In this document: positions 1 through 8,669 of the stretch, piece after piece | How positions within the stretch are numbered: position 1 is the first letter of the stretch | Layout: each line of letters starts with the position of its first letter | Virus record (IMG/VR): IMGVR_UViG_3300046779_001206 | Span: 1-40,904 of that record | Source of the DNA: a virus | Taxonomy: Duplodnaviria; Caudoviricetes | DNA: 40,904 nt | Reading direction: 5' to 3' (one strand) | Program-made: the position numbers and the translations under genes | The notes under the pieces: model-generated | Told to the model about the DNA's origin: nothing | Databases searched by the model: none | Seen by the model: the letters and a program-made list of their open reading frames with translations, nothing else

Positions 1-679
1 AATCAAACTAACAATAACTTGGTGTGTGTTGTTGTTTACACGTAGGCGGTAGTAGAGGTTAGTAACAACATCACTAGTGTTCTTTGTGATGTAGCCTTCG
101 CCAGTTGATAGAGCGTGGTTAGTAATAGTCCAACCATCTAGCAATTCTAGACCCTTAACACTATCCAACTGAACTGGAGGACGAGTATTGAGAGTGCCAC
201 CTACATCAGCACGAACCCATAGGTCTTGTAGCACTGAGAATGTTTCACGTAGGGAACAAGCACTTACGAATGTAATTGTCTTGTTAGTAGTATTGACATC
301 AATATCACCACCAGCGTTGATAGTAGTGCCGTTTAGTTGACGGATAGAGCAATCACCTACACCATAACCAAATGATTGTGGTAAGGATACTGGAATAGTG
401 TTTGTGCCTTCAGCAACAGTGATACTGCCACTAACGGATTGATAACCACTAGCGTGAACACGATATGTCAGAGCCGTTGCTAGGTCATAGCGAACAGTCA
501 TGTTGAGTGTAGAGCCAGTAGATACGGCGGTATCAGTTACTGTACCCGCATTGAATACTGTTACACGAGCACCTGTTGGTAAGCCAGTGAATACTAGCGG
601 AGCAGTAATAGTAGCAACTGTGTATGTGCCAGTAGAACCAGCCGCAAGAGCGAATCGGTTAGAGGCAATGTTAGTAGAG
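1..679. repeat. Terminal direct repeat / circular overlap, left copy
   Basis: Matches 40226-40904 without indels. 21 substitutions by manual alignment; first 127 and last 99 bases identical. Confidence 0.95.
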
Positions 680-942
680 ATAGTGCGAGTGCCAGCACCA
701 ATCGCCAACACGAGAATAGTATTAGCGCCAGTAATAGTTGAACCACTAGTGATTGAGTAAGTGTTGGCTGGAAGGTCTAACTCAAGCGTAATGTTACCAG
801 CTGAGGTATCAAAGTTGATGTTAGTTAGAGTAGTTGGCACGTTGTAGTAACTACTAGCGCCTAGAGAAGCACCGTTTAGAGCGGAGTAGCCTAAATCAAC
901 GTTGCCGCCTTGTAAGCCTGTGAATGTTGAACCTGTGATCAT
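1..942 (-). CDS. 5' part of an ~806 aa beta-rich virion/tail protein that continues across the circular junction into 38747-40904
   Basis: ATG at 942-940 behind AAGGAAATAAA. Reads MITGSTFTGLQGGNVDLG...GLPTGARVTVFNAG, in frame with the ORF ending at 38747. Missing from the ORF track because it runs off the edge. Confidence 0.85.
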   Translation of the reverse strand, partial: MITGSTFTGLQGGNVDLGYSALNGASLGASSYYNVPTTLTNINFDTSAGNITLELDLPANTYSITSGSTITGANTILVLAIGAGTRTISTNIASNRFALAAGSTGTYTVATITAPLVFTGLPTGARVTVFNAGTVTDTAVSTGSTLNMTVRYDLATALTYRVHASGYQSVSGSITVAEGTNTIPVSLPQSFGYGVGDCSIRQLNGTTINAGGDIDVNTTNKTITFVSACSLRETFSVLQDLWVRADVGGTLNTRPPVQLDSVKGLELLDGWTITNHALSTGEGYITKNTSDVVTNLYYRLRVNNNTHQVIVSLI

Positions 943-951
943 TTTATTTCC

Positions 952-2433
952 TTATGCGTATACAATCTTGTAGTTACCTAGAACCATCTTAGAGCCATTA
1001 ACTGTGATCATATCATTCACATCAAAGTTAGCGAACTGACAGAACCATTGCTTCCAGAAGCAGTAGATTTCGTCTAATGTTCTATTAGAAGCAATAGTAA
1101 CAGTGATAATGTGTGGATTACTTACAGACGGTGTGCCTGTTGCTTTAGTGATTGTGATACCTGTTAGAGCAGTCGCAGTTGCTTCGGCAATAGTAGCAGC
1201 CGAATCCAATGAAAGAGCACCAGTGATTACGGCATCGGTAGAGCGAGCAAGCGTAATAGTGCCACTTGTCGATGAGTAGTTGTAATGACGAATCTTGTAT
1301 GTAGTTGCTTCAGCACCAGCCGTAGTTACTGGACAGAAGTAAGTAGATGTGTTAGCGTTGATGTTAGTGCCACCACCTGTAGATAAGCCACAAGCATATG
1401 TGTATTCACTAGTAACAACACCAGTAGCATCAGTTAGTAAGTTGAGTGTTGGTTGACTACGAACAGCCGATGTTTGCCCCTTTGGTCTAAAGGTCATAGT
1501 GTTTGTATTAGCAGGAACATAGACCTTAGCGTTTTGAATATTGTTGCCTAGTGGGTCTTTGACTTCAAATCTAAGTCCAGTGCTCCACTCAATAAAGTTG
1601 TTGTTTGTTGTAGAGCCATCACTAGGATACCAAGTCATGTTAGTGCCACGATGAAAGTTCTTTAACTTACACCAAGCGCCACCGTAGATAACAATGTGAG
1701 CGTTAGCGTAGAAACTACCAACAACGCCGTTGATGTTATAGCCATCTAGCACTACTTGGTTAGCAGTTGTTAGAGAGAATACGTTGATTTCTGGACCGTC
1801 TACGTTTAGCGGAGTATAGCCTCGGATACTTGTTTGTGCCGCACCAAAGTTGAACCACATACCACTACGAGTATTAGTTGCTTGTAAGTCAAGAACTGGG
1901 TTAGCACTATTGATACGAACACGCTTCTTGTTAGTGCCTGTTAGTGATAGGTCTGCTTGAATGAAGGCAAAATCACCCTCTGTTCTGATTGTGTTCAGCC
2001 CGTTTTCGTTAGCAGAGATACTTGCCCATTCATTTGAGTTTACACGAATTTCACAGTTGCGAACAACTAACATTGCTCTGGAGCCGGTGTTAGTAGATGT
2101 TAGACGAATAGCGCCCGTAGGAGCAGTTTGAGTTGCTACGATATTACATAGAACACCACCTACTGGTTGCGCTACGCCATTGATTGTTTGATCGCCATTG
2201 AATGTTAGTGTGCCACCAGCACGAATATCAATGCCGCCAGAACCAGTTGAGTTAGTTAGAACCTGATTGTAAGCTACGGTACACGTGCCTGTAATAACAA
2301 GTGTGTTAGTGCCAAAGCTGACTGTGTTGATACCATTAGCGGTCGTAACAGTAAAGCCGTTACCACTGGTTGTTGGTAGAGCGTTGTCAGTACCACTCTG
2401 AGTAATTGTTGTGCCTGAAAGAGCGAATGCCAT
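952..2433 (-). CDS. Putative virion structural / tailspike-like beta-rich protein (493 aa)
   Basis: Thr/Gly/Asn-rich, AAGGA SD, lies within the fibre gene block; no specific family recognised. Confidence 0.6.
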   Translation of the reverse strand: MAFALSGTTITQSGTDNALPTTSGNGFTVTTANGINTVSFGTNTLVITGTCTVAYNQVLTNSTGSGGIDIRAGGTLTFNGDQTINGVAQPVGGVLCNIVATQTAPTGAIRLTSTNTGSRAMLVVRNCEIRVNSNEWASISANENGLNTIRTEGDFAFIQADLSLTGTNKKRVRINSANPVLDLQATNTRSGMWFNFGAAQTSIRGYTPLNVDGPEINVFSLTTANQVVLDGYNINGVVGSFYANAHIVIYGGAWCKLKNFHRGTNMTWYPSDGSTTNNNFIEWSTGLRFEVKDPLGNNIQNAKVYVPANTNTMTFRPKGQTSAVRSQPTLNLLTDATGVVTSEYTYACGLSTGGGTNINANTSTYFCPVTTAGAEATTYKIRHYNYSSTSGTITLARSTDAVITGALSLDSAATIAEATATALTGITITKATGTPSVSNPHIITVTIASNRTLDEIYCFWKQWFCQFANFDVNDMITVNGSKMVLGNYKIVYA

Positions 2434-2450
2434 ATTTTTCCTTTGTTAGA

Positions 2451-2500
2451 ACACCGTGATGTTTGGTCATCGCAGAGAGTTCCGAACTCTCTGACGGTGT
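2451..2500 (-). promoter_or_regulatory. Three-way-junction structure in 5' leader
   Basis: Perfect pairings 2451-2457/2494-2500, 2458-2461/2468-2471 and 2473-2481/2485-2493, located between ATAAATA (2506-2512) and the SD. Confidence 0.65.
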
Positions 2501-2511
2501 ATTAGTATTTA

Positions 2512-5238
2512 TTAGTATCCTATTAGAACGTTTCCACCAGTAGAGGCATCATACCACTTACTATCACCAGAATCAAACCAGTAACTTGTAGAGGTTTCAC
2601 CGATTAGTGAACCAGTGTATGGTGTTCTGTTACCAACTGCTGTGCCCTCTGTCAATAAGAAGCCACCACTCAACAGGATACGATTACGAATAGCAGTATG
2701 AGTAGCGTTATTCTCAGTGATAAGATTGGCTACGTTGCCGTTAGTAGAGGTAAATGAAGCGGTAGTTGTATTGCTTAGGTTACTTACAGTGTTGGCTAAG
2801 TTAGCAACATTACTATTGGTAGATGTAAATGACGCTGTTGTTGTGTTGCTTAGGTTACTTACATTACTGTTTGTAGAGGTAAATGATGCCGTAGTTGTGT
2901 TGCTTAGATTACTAACGGTATTTGCTAAGTTAGCCACATTACTGTTTGTATTACCGATAGAAGCAGTTAGCGTAGCAGATAGGTTAGCATCACTACCAAG
3001 CGCATTAGCAATCTCACTTAGCGTGTTTAGTGCGTCAGGCGCTGAACCCACCAAGTTAGCAATGGCACCATCAACATAAGTTTTGGTAGTAAGGTTAGCA
3101 ATAGTGTTAGCAGTTGTATTAACATAGGCAGTATAAGTTGTAGTTGTAACTAAGTTAGCAACTGTATTTGCCTGATCACTAACGTGAGTATTGTAAGTAG
3201 CCAGTGGAACAGTGTTAGCAATAGCATTATCAACATAGGTTGTTAGGGCATATGGCGATAAGTTAGGTTGAGCAACAAAACTTAGAACACCGTTACCATT
3301 AGTAGATAACACTTGACCATTACTACCACCAGTGATCGTAATATTGCCAACAGCGCCTAAGTTAGAGGTGCCACTGACTACCAATGATGTTAGATTGCCA
3401 AGGGATGTGATGTTAGGCTGAGCCGCTGTTTTGATGGTACCATAAACGCTATTACCAGTTACAATGTTAGCAGTAACGTTGCCACTGCCAGCGTGAACGG
3501 CATCAAAGTAACTTGTAGTTGCTAAACGAGTGCCTAGAGTAGAGTTAGCATGGTCGTAACTCATGTTAGTCATTGAGTATACACCACTAAGTGTTACGAA
3601 GCCAGCACTTTGGTTAGGCTTGACTACACGATTATTGTATAGATACACAACTGTGCCAACTGCCGAAGTAATAGCCGCTGTGGTATTAGAGGCACTAAAG
3701 ATGTAACTGTCATTGACTACTAAGGTACCACTTGTAACCGTAGCAGAAGTTAAGTTCTTAGAGTTAGCAACTGTGACTGTAGCCGAAGCATTGTTGACTA
3801 CAATAGCCGCTTGTAAACCACCGTTGAACGCTACGATGCCGCTACCAGTAATGGTTAAGGCGTTAGCACTTTGAGCATCAGAATCTGTAATGTCTACATA
3901 GCCACTACCGCCTTTTGTGATGCCACCAGTAAACAAACATTTACGAGCATAGAAGGAGCCAGCATTAGAAATGGTTACTGCCCCGCTGTGGTTCACACCT
4001 TCAACACGAATACTGCCACTAGCAACGTTGTAAGTCCAAGCGCCACTCAAATTAACGATACCACCACCGCCAGTGCGACCAATGATATCTAAGTTCAGTG
4101 TAGTAACCGTAACTGCTTCCGAGTAAGTGCCCGGATGTAGGATAAGAGCATCACCTCCGTTTGTTACGTGTGTTAGTGCCGCAGTAATCGTTTTGAATGG
4201 AGTTTCACTGCCACCTGTGGCTGAGTCATCGCCATTAGCTGGATCAACGTGATATTCTTTTGAGTATTTCTTTGGTGAATATGAAGCAACAGTTTGGTTG
4301 ACCCATACAGAATTAGCACTATCATAAGCTAGGAACTGACCAGCAGTTGGTGTTGTAATCTTTACATTGTGTAGTTCATCTAGTTCGTAGCCGTTATCCA
4401 CTTTAACATAGATACTACCAGCTGTCGCATGAACACGCTCAACCCATCCTAGGATTACAGTGTGTGCTGGCGCTTGCGGTTTTGTTGTTGTCCAAGCACC
4501 ATTGACGCCTAAGAATACTAAGCTACCTTCAGTAAGAGCACTTGTATTCAACTTAGGGAATGAACCGTGAGTATGAACTAAGCCAGTAGCACCTACAGCG
4601 ATTGTTTGTGTAACAATACCTAGAGTGCCAGCACTACTACCTTCGGCAGTATTTGACGCTTTCTTAACAGCGATTGTATTGCCTTGAGCACCACTAACAC
4701 GAACGATATCTCCCTTGACTAGTGGAACAGTATCTTCGTTGAATACTACTTCTTGTCCGCCACCAACATGAGTGCCGTTTAGATAAACACCGCCAACATT
4801 AGGAGCACTTACATTGTGACTACTAACTAGGGCATTTGATGTGCTATCATAAGCAAGAGTTAAGTTGGCACCATCAATAGTAATACCGGCACTGTTAGCG
4901 GCCAAGGCATTAGGAGCACCGTTAGCGATTGTAATGTTCAAGTCACTAACAGATAGTTCAGTAGCGCCAACTGTAACTGTATTACCTTGAACTAGTAAGT
5001 TGCCAGTAACTGTAACATCACCAGCAGTAAGTGATGTGAGTGTACCAACGGAGGTAATATTAGGTTGAGCAGCAGTAGTAACTGTTTCTGCTACTGTGGC
5101 TTGAACCGCATGAGTAGCGTTAGCAACTGCCGCGTTAGAGTTTACTGTTTCAATGCTGATTGAATTGATTTTACCATTAGCATCAACTCCAAAGAGCGAT
5201 GCGATGTTGGCCATGATATGTTGTTTATTAATTGTCAT
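2512..5238 (-). CDS. Tail fibre / tailspike-like protein (908 aa)
   Basis: AAQPNITS(V/L)G repeats; beta-helix-type entry motif YHVDPANGDD...PFKTITAAL...LHPGTYSE; APDALNTLSEIANALG fibre motif; C-terminal coiled-coil-like NLSNTTTASFTSTN repeats. Confidence 0.75.
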   Translation of the reverse strand: MTINKQHIMANIASLFGVDANGKINSISIETVNSNAAVANATHAVQATVAETVTTAAQPNITSVGTLTSLTAGDVTVTGNLLVQGNTVTVGATELSVSDLNITIANGAPNALAANSAGITIDGANLTLAYDSTSNALVSSHNVSAPNVGGVYLNGTHVGGGQEVVFNEDTVPLVKGDIVRVSGAQGNTIAVKKASNTAEGSSAGTLGIVTQTIAVGATGLVHTHGSFPKLNTSALTEGSLVFLGVNGAWTTTKPQAPAHTVILGWVERVHATAGSIYVKVDNGYELDELHNVKITTPTAGQFLAYDSANSVWVNQTVASYSPKKYSKEYHVDPANGDDSATGGSETPFKTITAALTHVTNGGDALILHPGTYSEAVTVTTLNLDIIGRTGGGGIVNLSGAWTYNVASGSIRVEGVNHSGAVTISNAGSFYARKCLFTGGITKGGSGYVDITDSDAQSANALTITGSGIVAFNGGLQAAIVVNNASATVTVANSKNLTSATVTSGTLVVNDSYIFSASNTTAAITSAVGTVVYLYNNRVVKPNQSAGFVTLSGVYSMTNMSYDHANSTLGTRLATTSYFDAVHAGSGNVTANIVTGNSVYGTIKTAAQPNITSLGNLTSLVVSGTSNLGAVGNITITGGSNGQVLSTNGNGVLSFVAQPNLSPYALTTYVDNAIANTVPLATYNTHVSDQANTVANLVTTTTYTAYVNTTANTIANLTTKTYVDGAIANLVGSAPDALNTLSEIANALGSDANLSATLTASIGNTNSNVANLANTVSNLSNTTTASFTSTNSNVSNLSNTTTASFTSTNSNVANLANTVSNLSNTTTASFTSTNGNVANLITENNATHTAIRNRILLSGGFLLTEGTAVGNRTPYTGSLIGETSTSYWFDSGDSKWYDASTGGNVLIGY

Positions 5239-5246
5239 TATTTACC

Positions 5247-7250
5247 TTACCAAGTAGTGTTTAGTGCCCAACGAGCCCATACATTATCATCAACACACAA
5301 ATACATGTATTGAGTATCGTAACGCATCTCGCCCTTCAAGCCAGTATCAGTTGAACTTACCGGTGCACCATCTGTTAGAACTGCTAAGAACCTATTTACT
5401 GTGATCTCACCAATTTCAGCATGGGAAGCAGTTAAGCCATCACGAGCGTTTACACTACGAGCGCCAATAGAGCCAAACTTGTCTAGTGTAATCTTGTTTG
5501 CTGGGATTGGATTACCCAAGATCATACCGTTATCAGTGAATATTAAGTTAGCACTAGCACCGAAAGCACCGGCATTGTTGAACTGAATCTGTGTTGATGA
5601 ACCAGCAGGTGATGTTGTTCCACCACCACTTACGGCTTGCCAACTACCATTGCCAGATAGGAATGTAGAGGCATTGCCATTTAGATTGAGGTTAGCAACG
5701 TTACCGTAAGTTGGGAATGTGATATTCGCAATCTTGTTATCTACGGATGTGTTAGTTGCGTAAGCATCTAAGTTAGGAGATGGAATCAAGTTGATAGCAT
5801 CAGCAACATCTTGGTGAGTAGCATAAGCACTTAGGTTAGGTTGAGGAATGTTAGCAATAGCTGCGTTAACAAATGTCTGTGTAGCATAGCCAGTTAGATC
5901 AACGTTACCACCGCCAGTAGAGGCGATTTGTGTAGGCAGAACGTCAATTTGGTCACCAGAAGTTAAGTAGTTGGTAAATGTGATTGTGTCTGCTGAAATA
6001 GTATATTCGGTGCTATCAACAAACACGCCGTTCTTAAACAACATTGGCTTAACAGCGCCAGTGTAATGAATAAACTCATTATCAACAAATGATTGACCAG
6101 CACCATCTACACCTACTGAGATACTAACAGAATTAGCAGTAGCAATAGATACTTTATCAATCCAGGTGCCATCGCCAGCTAAGATTTGACTTGTGTTACC
6201 GGTTAAGTTGACAGAAACAATATTGCCATGTCCGCTTAGAGCAGTTGAAATCAAACCATTTACTTCTGTGGTTGTAGAGTAAGGTGATAGATCAACTGGC
6301 GGAATATTTGCGATTGAATCATCTACATAGGTAATAGTAGCAAATGGACTTAGATCAACTGGCGGAATAGCTGCCACTACGTTGTTTACGTATGTTTGAG
6401 TAGCATAAGCACTTAGATCAGGCGCTGGAATGTTTGCGATTGAACTGTCTACGTAAGCAATAGTTGCCAAGTTAGCAACAGTATTTGCGAATACGTTTGA
6501 GTATACTTTGTTAGCAAGGCCGTCTTCTAGTTCTTGGAATGATGCTGTATTAGCAAAGGCATTTGAAACATCGCCTTGATATGTGGTAAATGTATCAGTA
6601 GTTACTAGATTGGTCACTGTATTAGCAACATCGGTAGCAAGAGCATACAAATGGTCATCATCAACAATGTTAGCAATAGCACTAGTAACAAATGTCTCAG
6701 TAGCATAACCAGTAAAATCAACTGGTGGAATAGCCGCAATAGAGTTAGCAACAAATGTCTCAGTAGCATAACCAGTAAAATCAACTGGTGGAATAGCCGC
6801 AATAACATTACCTACATATGACTGAGTAGCGTATTGAGATAGGTCAACTGGTGGAATGTTAGCAATAGCACCAGTAACAAATGTCTCAGTAGCATAACCA
6901 GTGAAGTCAGCAGGCGGAATATTAGCAATAGCGGAAGTAACAAACGATTCCGTTGCTATGCCAGATAACAACACATTTGAGATGTTAGTTAGAACTTGGT
7001 CAACATATGTGATAGGAGCAAATGCTGATGCTTGCTGTGGAGTTACAAATGGTGTCCAAGATAAGACACCATTGCCATTAGTTGTTAATGCTTCGCCAGA
7101 ATTACCACCGGTGATACGTAGCGTATTAACATTACCAAGATCAGCACTAGTAGTATTAATAGTATTAACATTTAATGATATTGTGTTACCAAGAGCATCT
7201 GTTACTAGTGCTCGTGGCAAACTTGAGAGAATTTGATTGTTTGTTACCAT
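5247..7250 (-). CDS. Fibre-like protein with 21-aa repeats (667 aa)
   Basis: Repeats IA(A/N)IPPVD(F/L)xxYATxx(F/Y)V; QIQFNNAGAFG motif; C-terminal G.KGEMRYD..YMYLC....W shared with 10686-13229. Confidence 0.7.
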   Translation of the reverse strand: MVTNNQILSSLPRALVTDALGNTISLNVNTINTTSADLGNVNTLRITGGNSGEALTTNGNGVLSWTPFVTPQQASAFAPITYVDQVLTNISNVLLSGIATESFVTSAIANIPPADFTGYATETFVTGAIANIPPVDLSQYATQSYVGNVIAAIPPVDFTGYATETFVANSIAAIPPVDFTGYATETFVTSAIANIVDDDHLYALATDVANTVTNLVTTDTFTTYQGDVSNAFANTASFQELEDGLANKVYSNVFANTVANLATIAYVDSSIANIPAPDLSAYATQTYVNNVVAAIPPVDLSPFATITYVDDSIANIPPVDLSPYSTTTEVNGLISTALSGHGNIVSVNLTGNTSQILAGDGTWIDKVSIATANSVSISVGVDGAGQSFVDNEFIHYTGAVKPMLFKNGVFVDSTEYTISADTITFTNYLTSGDQIDVLPTQIASTGGGNVDLTGYATQTFVNAAIANIPQPNLSAYATHQDVADAINLIPSPNLDAYATNTSVDNKIANITFPTYGNVANLNLNGNASTFLSGNGSWQAVSGGGTTSPAGSSTQIQFNNAGAFGASANLIFTDNGMILGNPIPANKITLDKFGSIGARSVNARDGLTASHAEIGEITVNRFLAVLTDGAPVSSTDTGLKGEMRYDTQYMYLCVDDNVWARWALNTTW
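6687..6804. repeat. 63-bp-period tandem repeat (55 bp identical) inside fibre gene
   Basis: 6687-6741 equals 6750-6804; partial third copy near 6877-6903. Confidence 0.9.
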
Positions 7251-7274
7251 TGTTTTGCTTTCTTATTATTTATT

Positions 7275-8669
7275 TTAAGACATTATGCCAATTGAAGTAA
7301 CTGGCGAATTTCCAGTGTTAGCCACAGAAATATCAAACTGCTCTACTCCGTAAGTCAAAGTGGTATCAACTGGCTTAATATACGCATTGAATTTATTACC
7401 TTGTTTAAACCAACGGTTTAGATTATATGTTACAGTAGCGACTAATTTGCCATTGGCATTAGATGAGAGAGAAAGATCGCTAATTTTAAAATAATTTTTA
7501 ACTGTGTCAGTTGATGATGGTATAGTGTGACCAAAATATAATTCAAAAGTCGCATAACCTCTTGTCCCTGGTATAATTTCTTTTGCTGGTTTACCGTGAT
7601 ATAGGACAATATTAATAGTAATCGTTGATGTGTATACAGTGGTAATGTATGTTTTGTCAGCCTTGCTATAAACAGCATCAGTAGCACGATGGTATGTTTC
7701 TGAAACACCTGATCTGTTTACAAGATGTAAATTTACGATACTTGTTGCTGGAGATGGTGTTGAAAGACCTCTACTATCATGTAACTCTAATTGATGATAC
7801 ACTGAAGCTAATAAACCTAATTTAGTTGATGAGTATCCAGGAAGTAATCTAGCATCAGCAACGCCAGTAGTTGTTCCTGTAGTATTGTTTACATTAAACC
7901 CATAGTTGCTACCGGAACGCAAATAATAATTATATGGCGGTGTACCACCAGATGGCTGTTTAGATGAGTCAAACATAACAATGCTATCGGTAACTCCAGT
8001 AGCAACACCAATATCAACAATATTAACAGTATCAGGATACAATGAATAGGCGACAATCGGAGCAGGCGTTATTGTAACAGTCAATGTTGATGATCCTGTT
8101 GCTCCTGTTTTATCAGTAGCAGTAATGATTATATTAGCAGATGCCACAAAGGGATTTGGTGTCCCTAATGTACCAATTAAATAGCCGCCGCTGGTTAATG
8201 ATAGCCCTGGTGGTAGACCAGTAGCTGAAAAAGTAAGAGTACCAGGCCAGCCACCAGTAGCACTAGCTACTAAACTATTGACCGTGGTCCCTACAGTAAT
8301 TGCTGGGATTTGTGTAACTAATACTGTAATTGGCTTAGGTACAAATATTTCTGTGGTAATGTTAATAGTTACTGTTTTTGTAGAAAAATTACTGTCAGCT
8401 ACAGTAATATCATACGCAGTAGTTGGTGTAGCTCCAAGTGGAGTTCCAGTAAAAGTTCCAGATGACGCATTAAAAGTAACGCCACCCGGTAAACTAGGAC
8501 TGAATGAATATGTGTATGGTCCGACGCCACCACTAACTGTAATAAATCTGCTCATTATGCCAATGCCAGATGTATTAAACAAAAATGAAGTGGTGCTTAG
8601 ATGTATTGATATATCATTACTTGCAGTAGTGCCAATACTCATTGCTCCAATAGAACTAAGAATTGGCAT
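7275..8669 (-). CDS. Ig-like repeat (He_PIG/cadherin-like) virion protein (~464 aa)
   Basis: SGGVGPYTYS...LPGGVTF, ATGG...GLPPGLSL and SGGTPPYNY motifs. Probable start MPILSSIG at 8669 overlaps the upstream stop (TAATG). Confidence 0.7.
   Translation of the reverse strand: MPILSSIGAMSIGTTASNDISIHLSTTSFLFNTSGIGIMSRFITVSGGVGPYTYSFSPSLPGGVTFNASSGTFTGTPLGATPTTAYDITVADSNFSTKTVTINITTEIFVPKPITVLVTQIPAITVGTTVNSLVASATGGWPGTLTFSATGLPPGLSLTSGGYLIGTLGTPNPFVASANIIITATDKTGATGSSTLTVTITPAPIVAYSLYPDTVNIVDIGVATGVTDSIVMFDSSKQPSGGTPPYNYYLRSGSNYGFNVNNTTGTTTGVADARLLPGYSSTKLGLLASVYHQLELHDSRGLSTPSPATSIVNLHLVNRSGVSETYHRATDAVYSKADKTYITTVYTSTITINIVLYHGKPAKEIIPGTRGYATFELYFGHTIPSSTDTVKNYFKISDLSLSSNANGKLVATVTYNLNRWFKQGNKFNAYIKPVDTTLTYGVEQFDISVANTGNSPVTSIGIMS

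Noticed and set aside
1-679. DGR template/variable repeat pair with 40226-40904
   Set aside because: Differences are not adenine-specific and are mostly synonymous; no reverse transcriptase is present.
2451-2500. Hammerhead ribozyme
   Set aside because: Three-way junction lacks the unpaired CUGANGA and GAAA core on either strand.
5239-5246. GTAAATA as another late promoter
   Set aside because: Directly abuts the ATG and overlaps a plausible SD (AAGGT), so the spacing does not fit.
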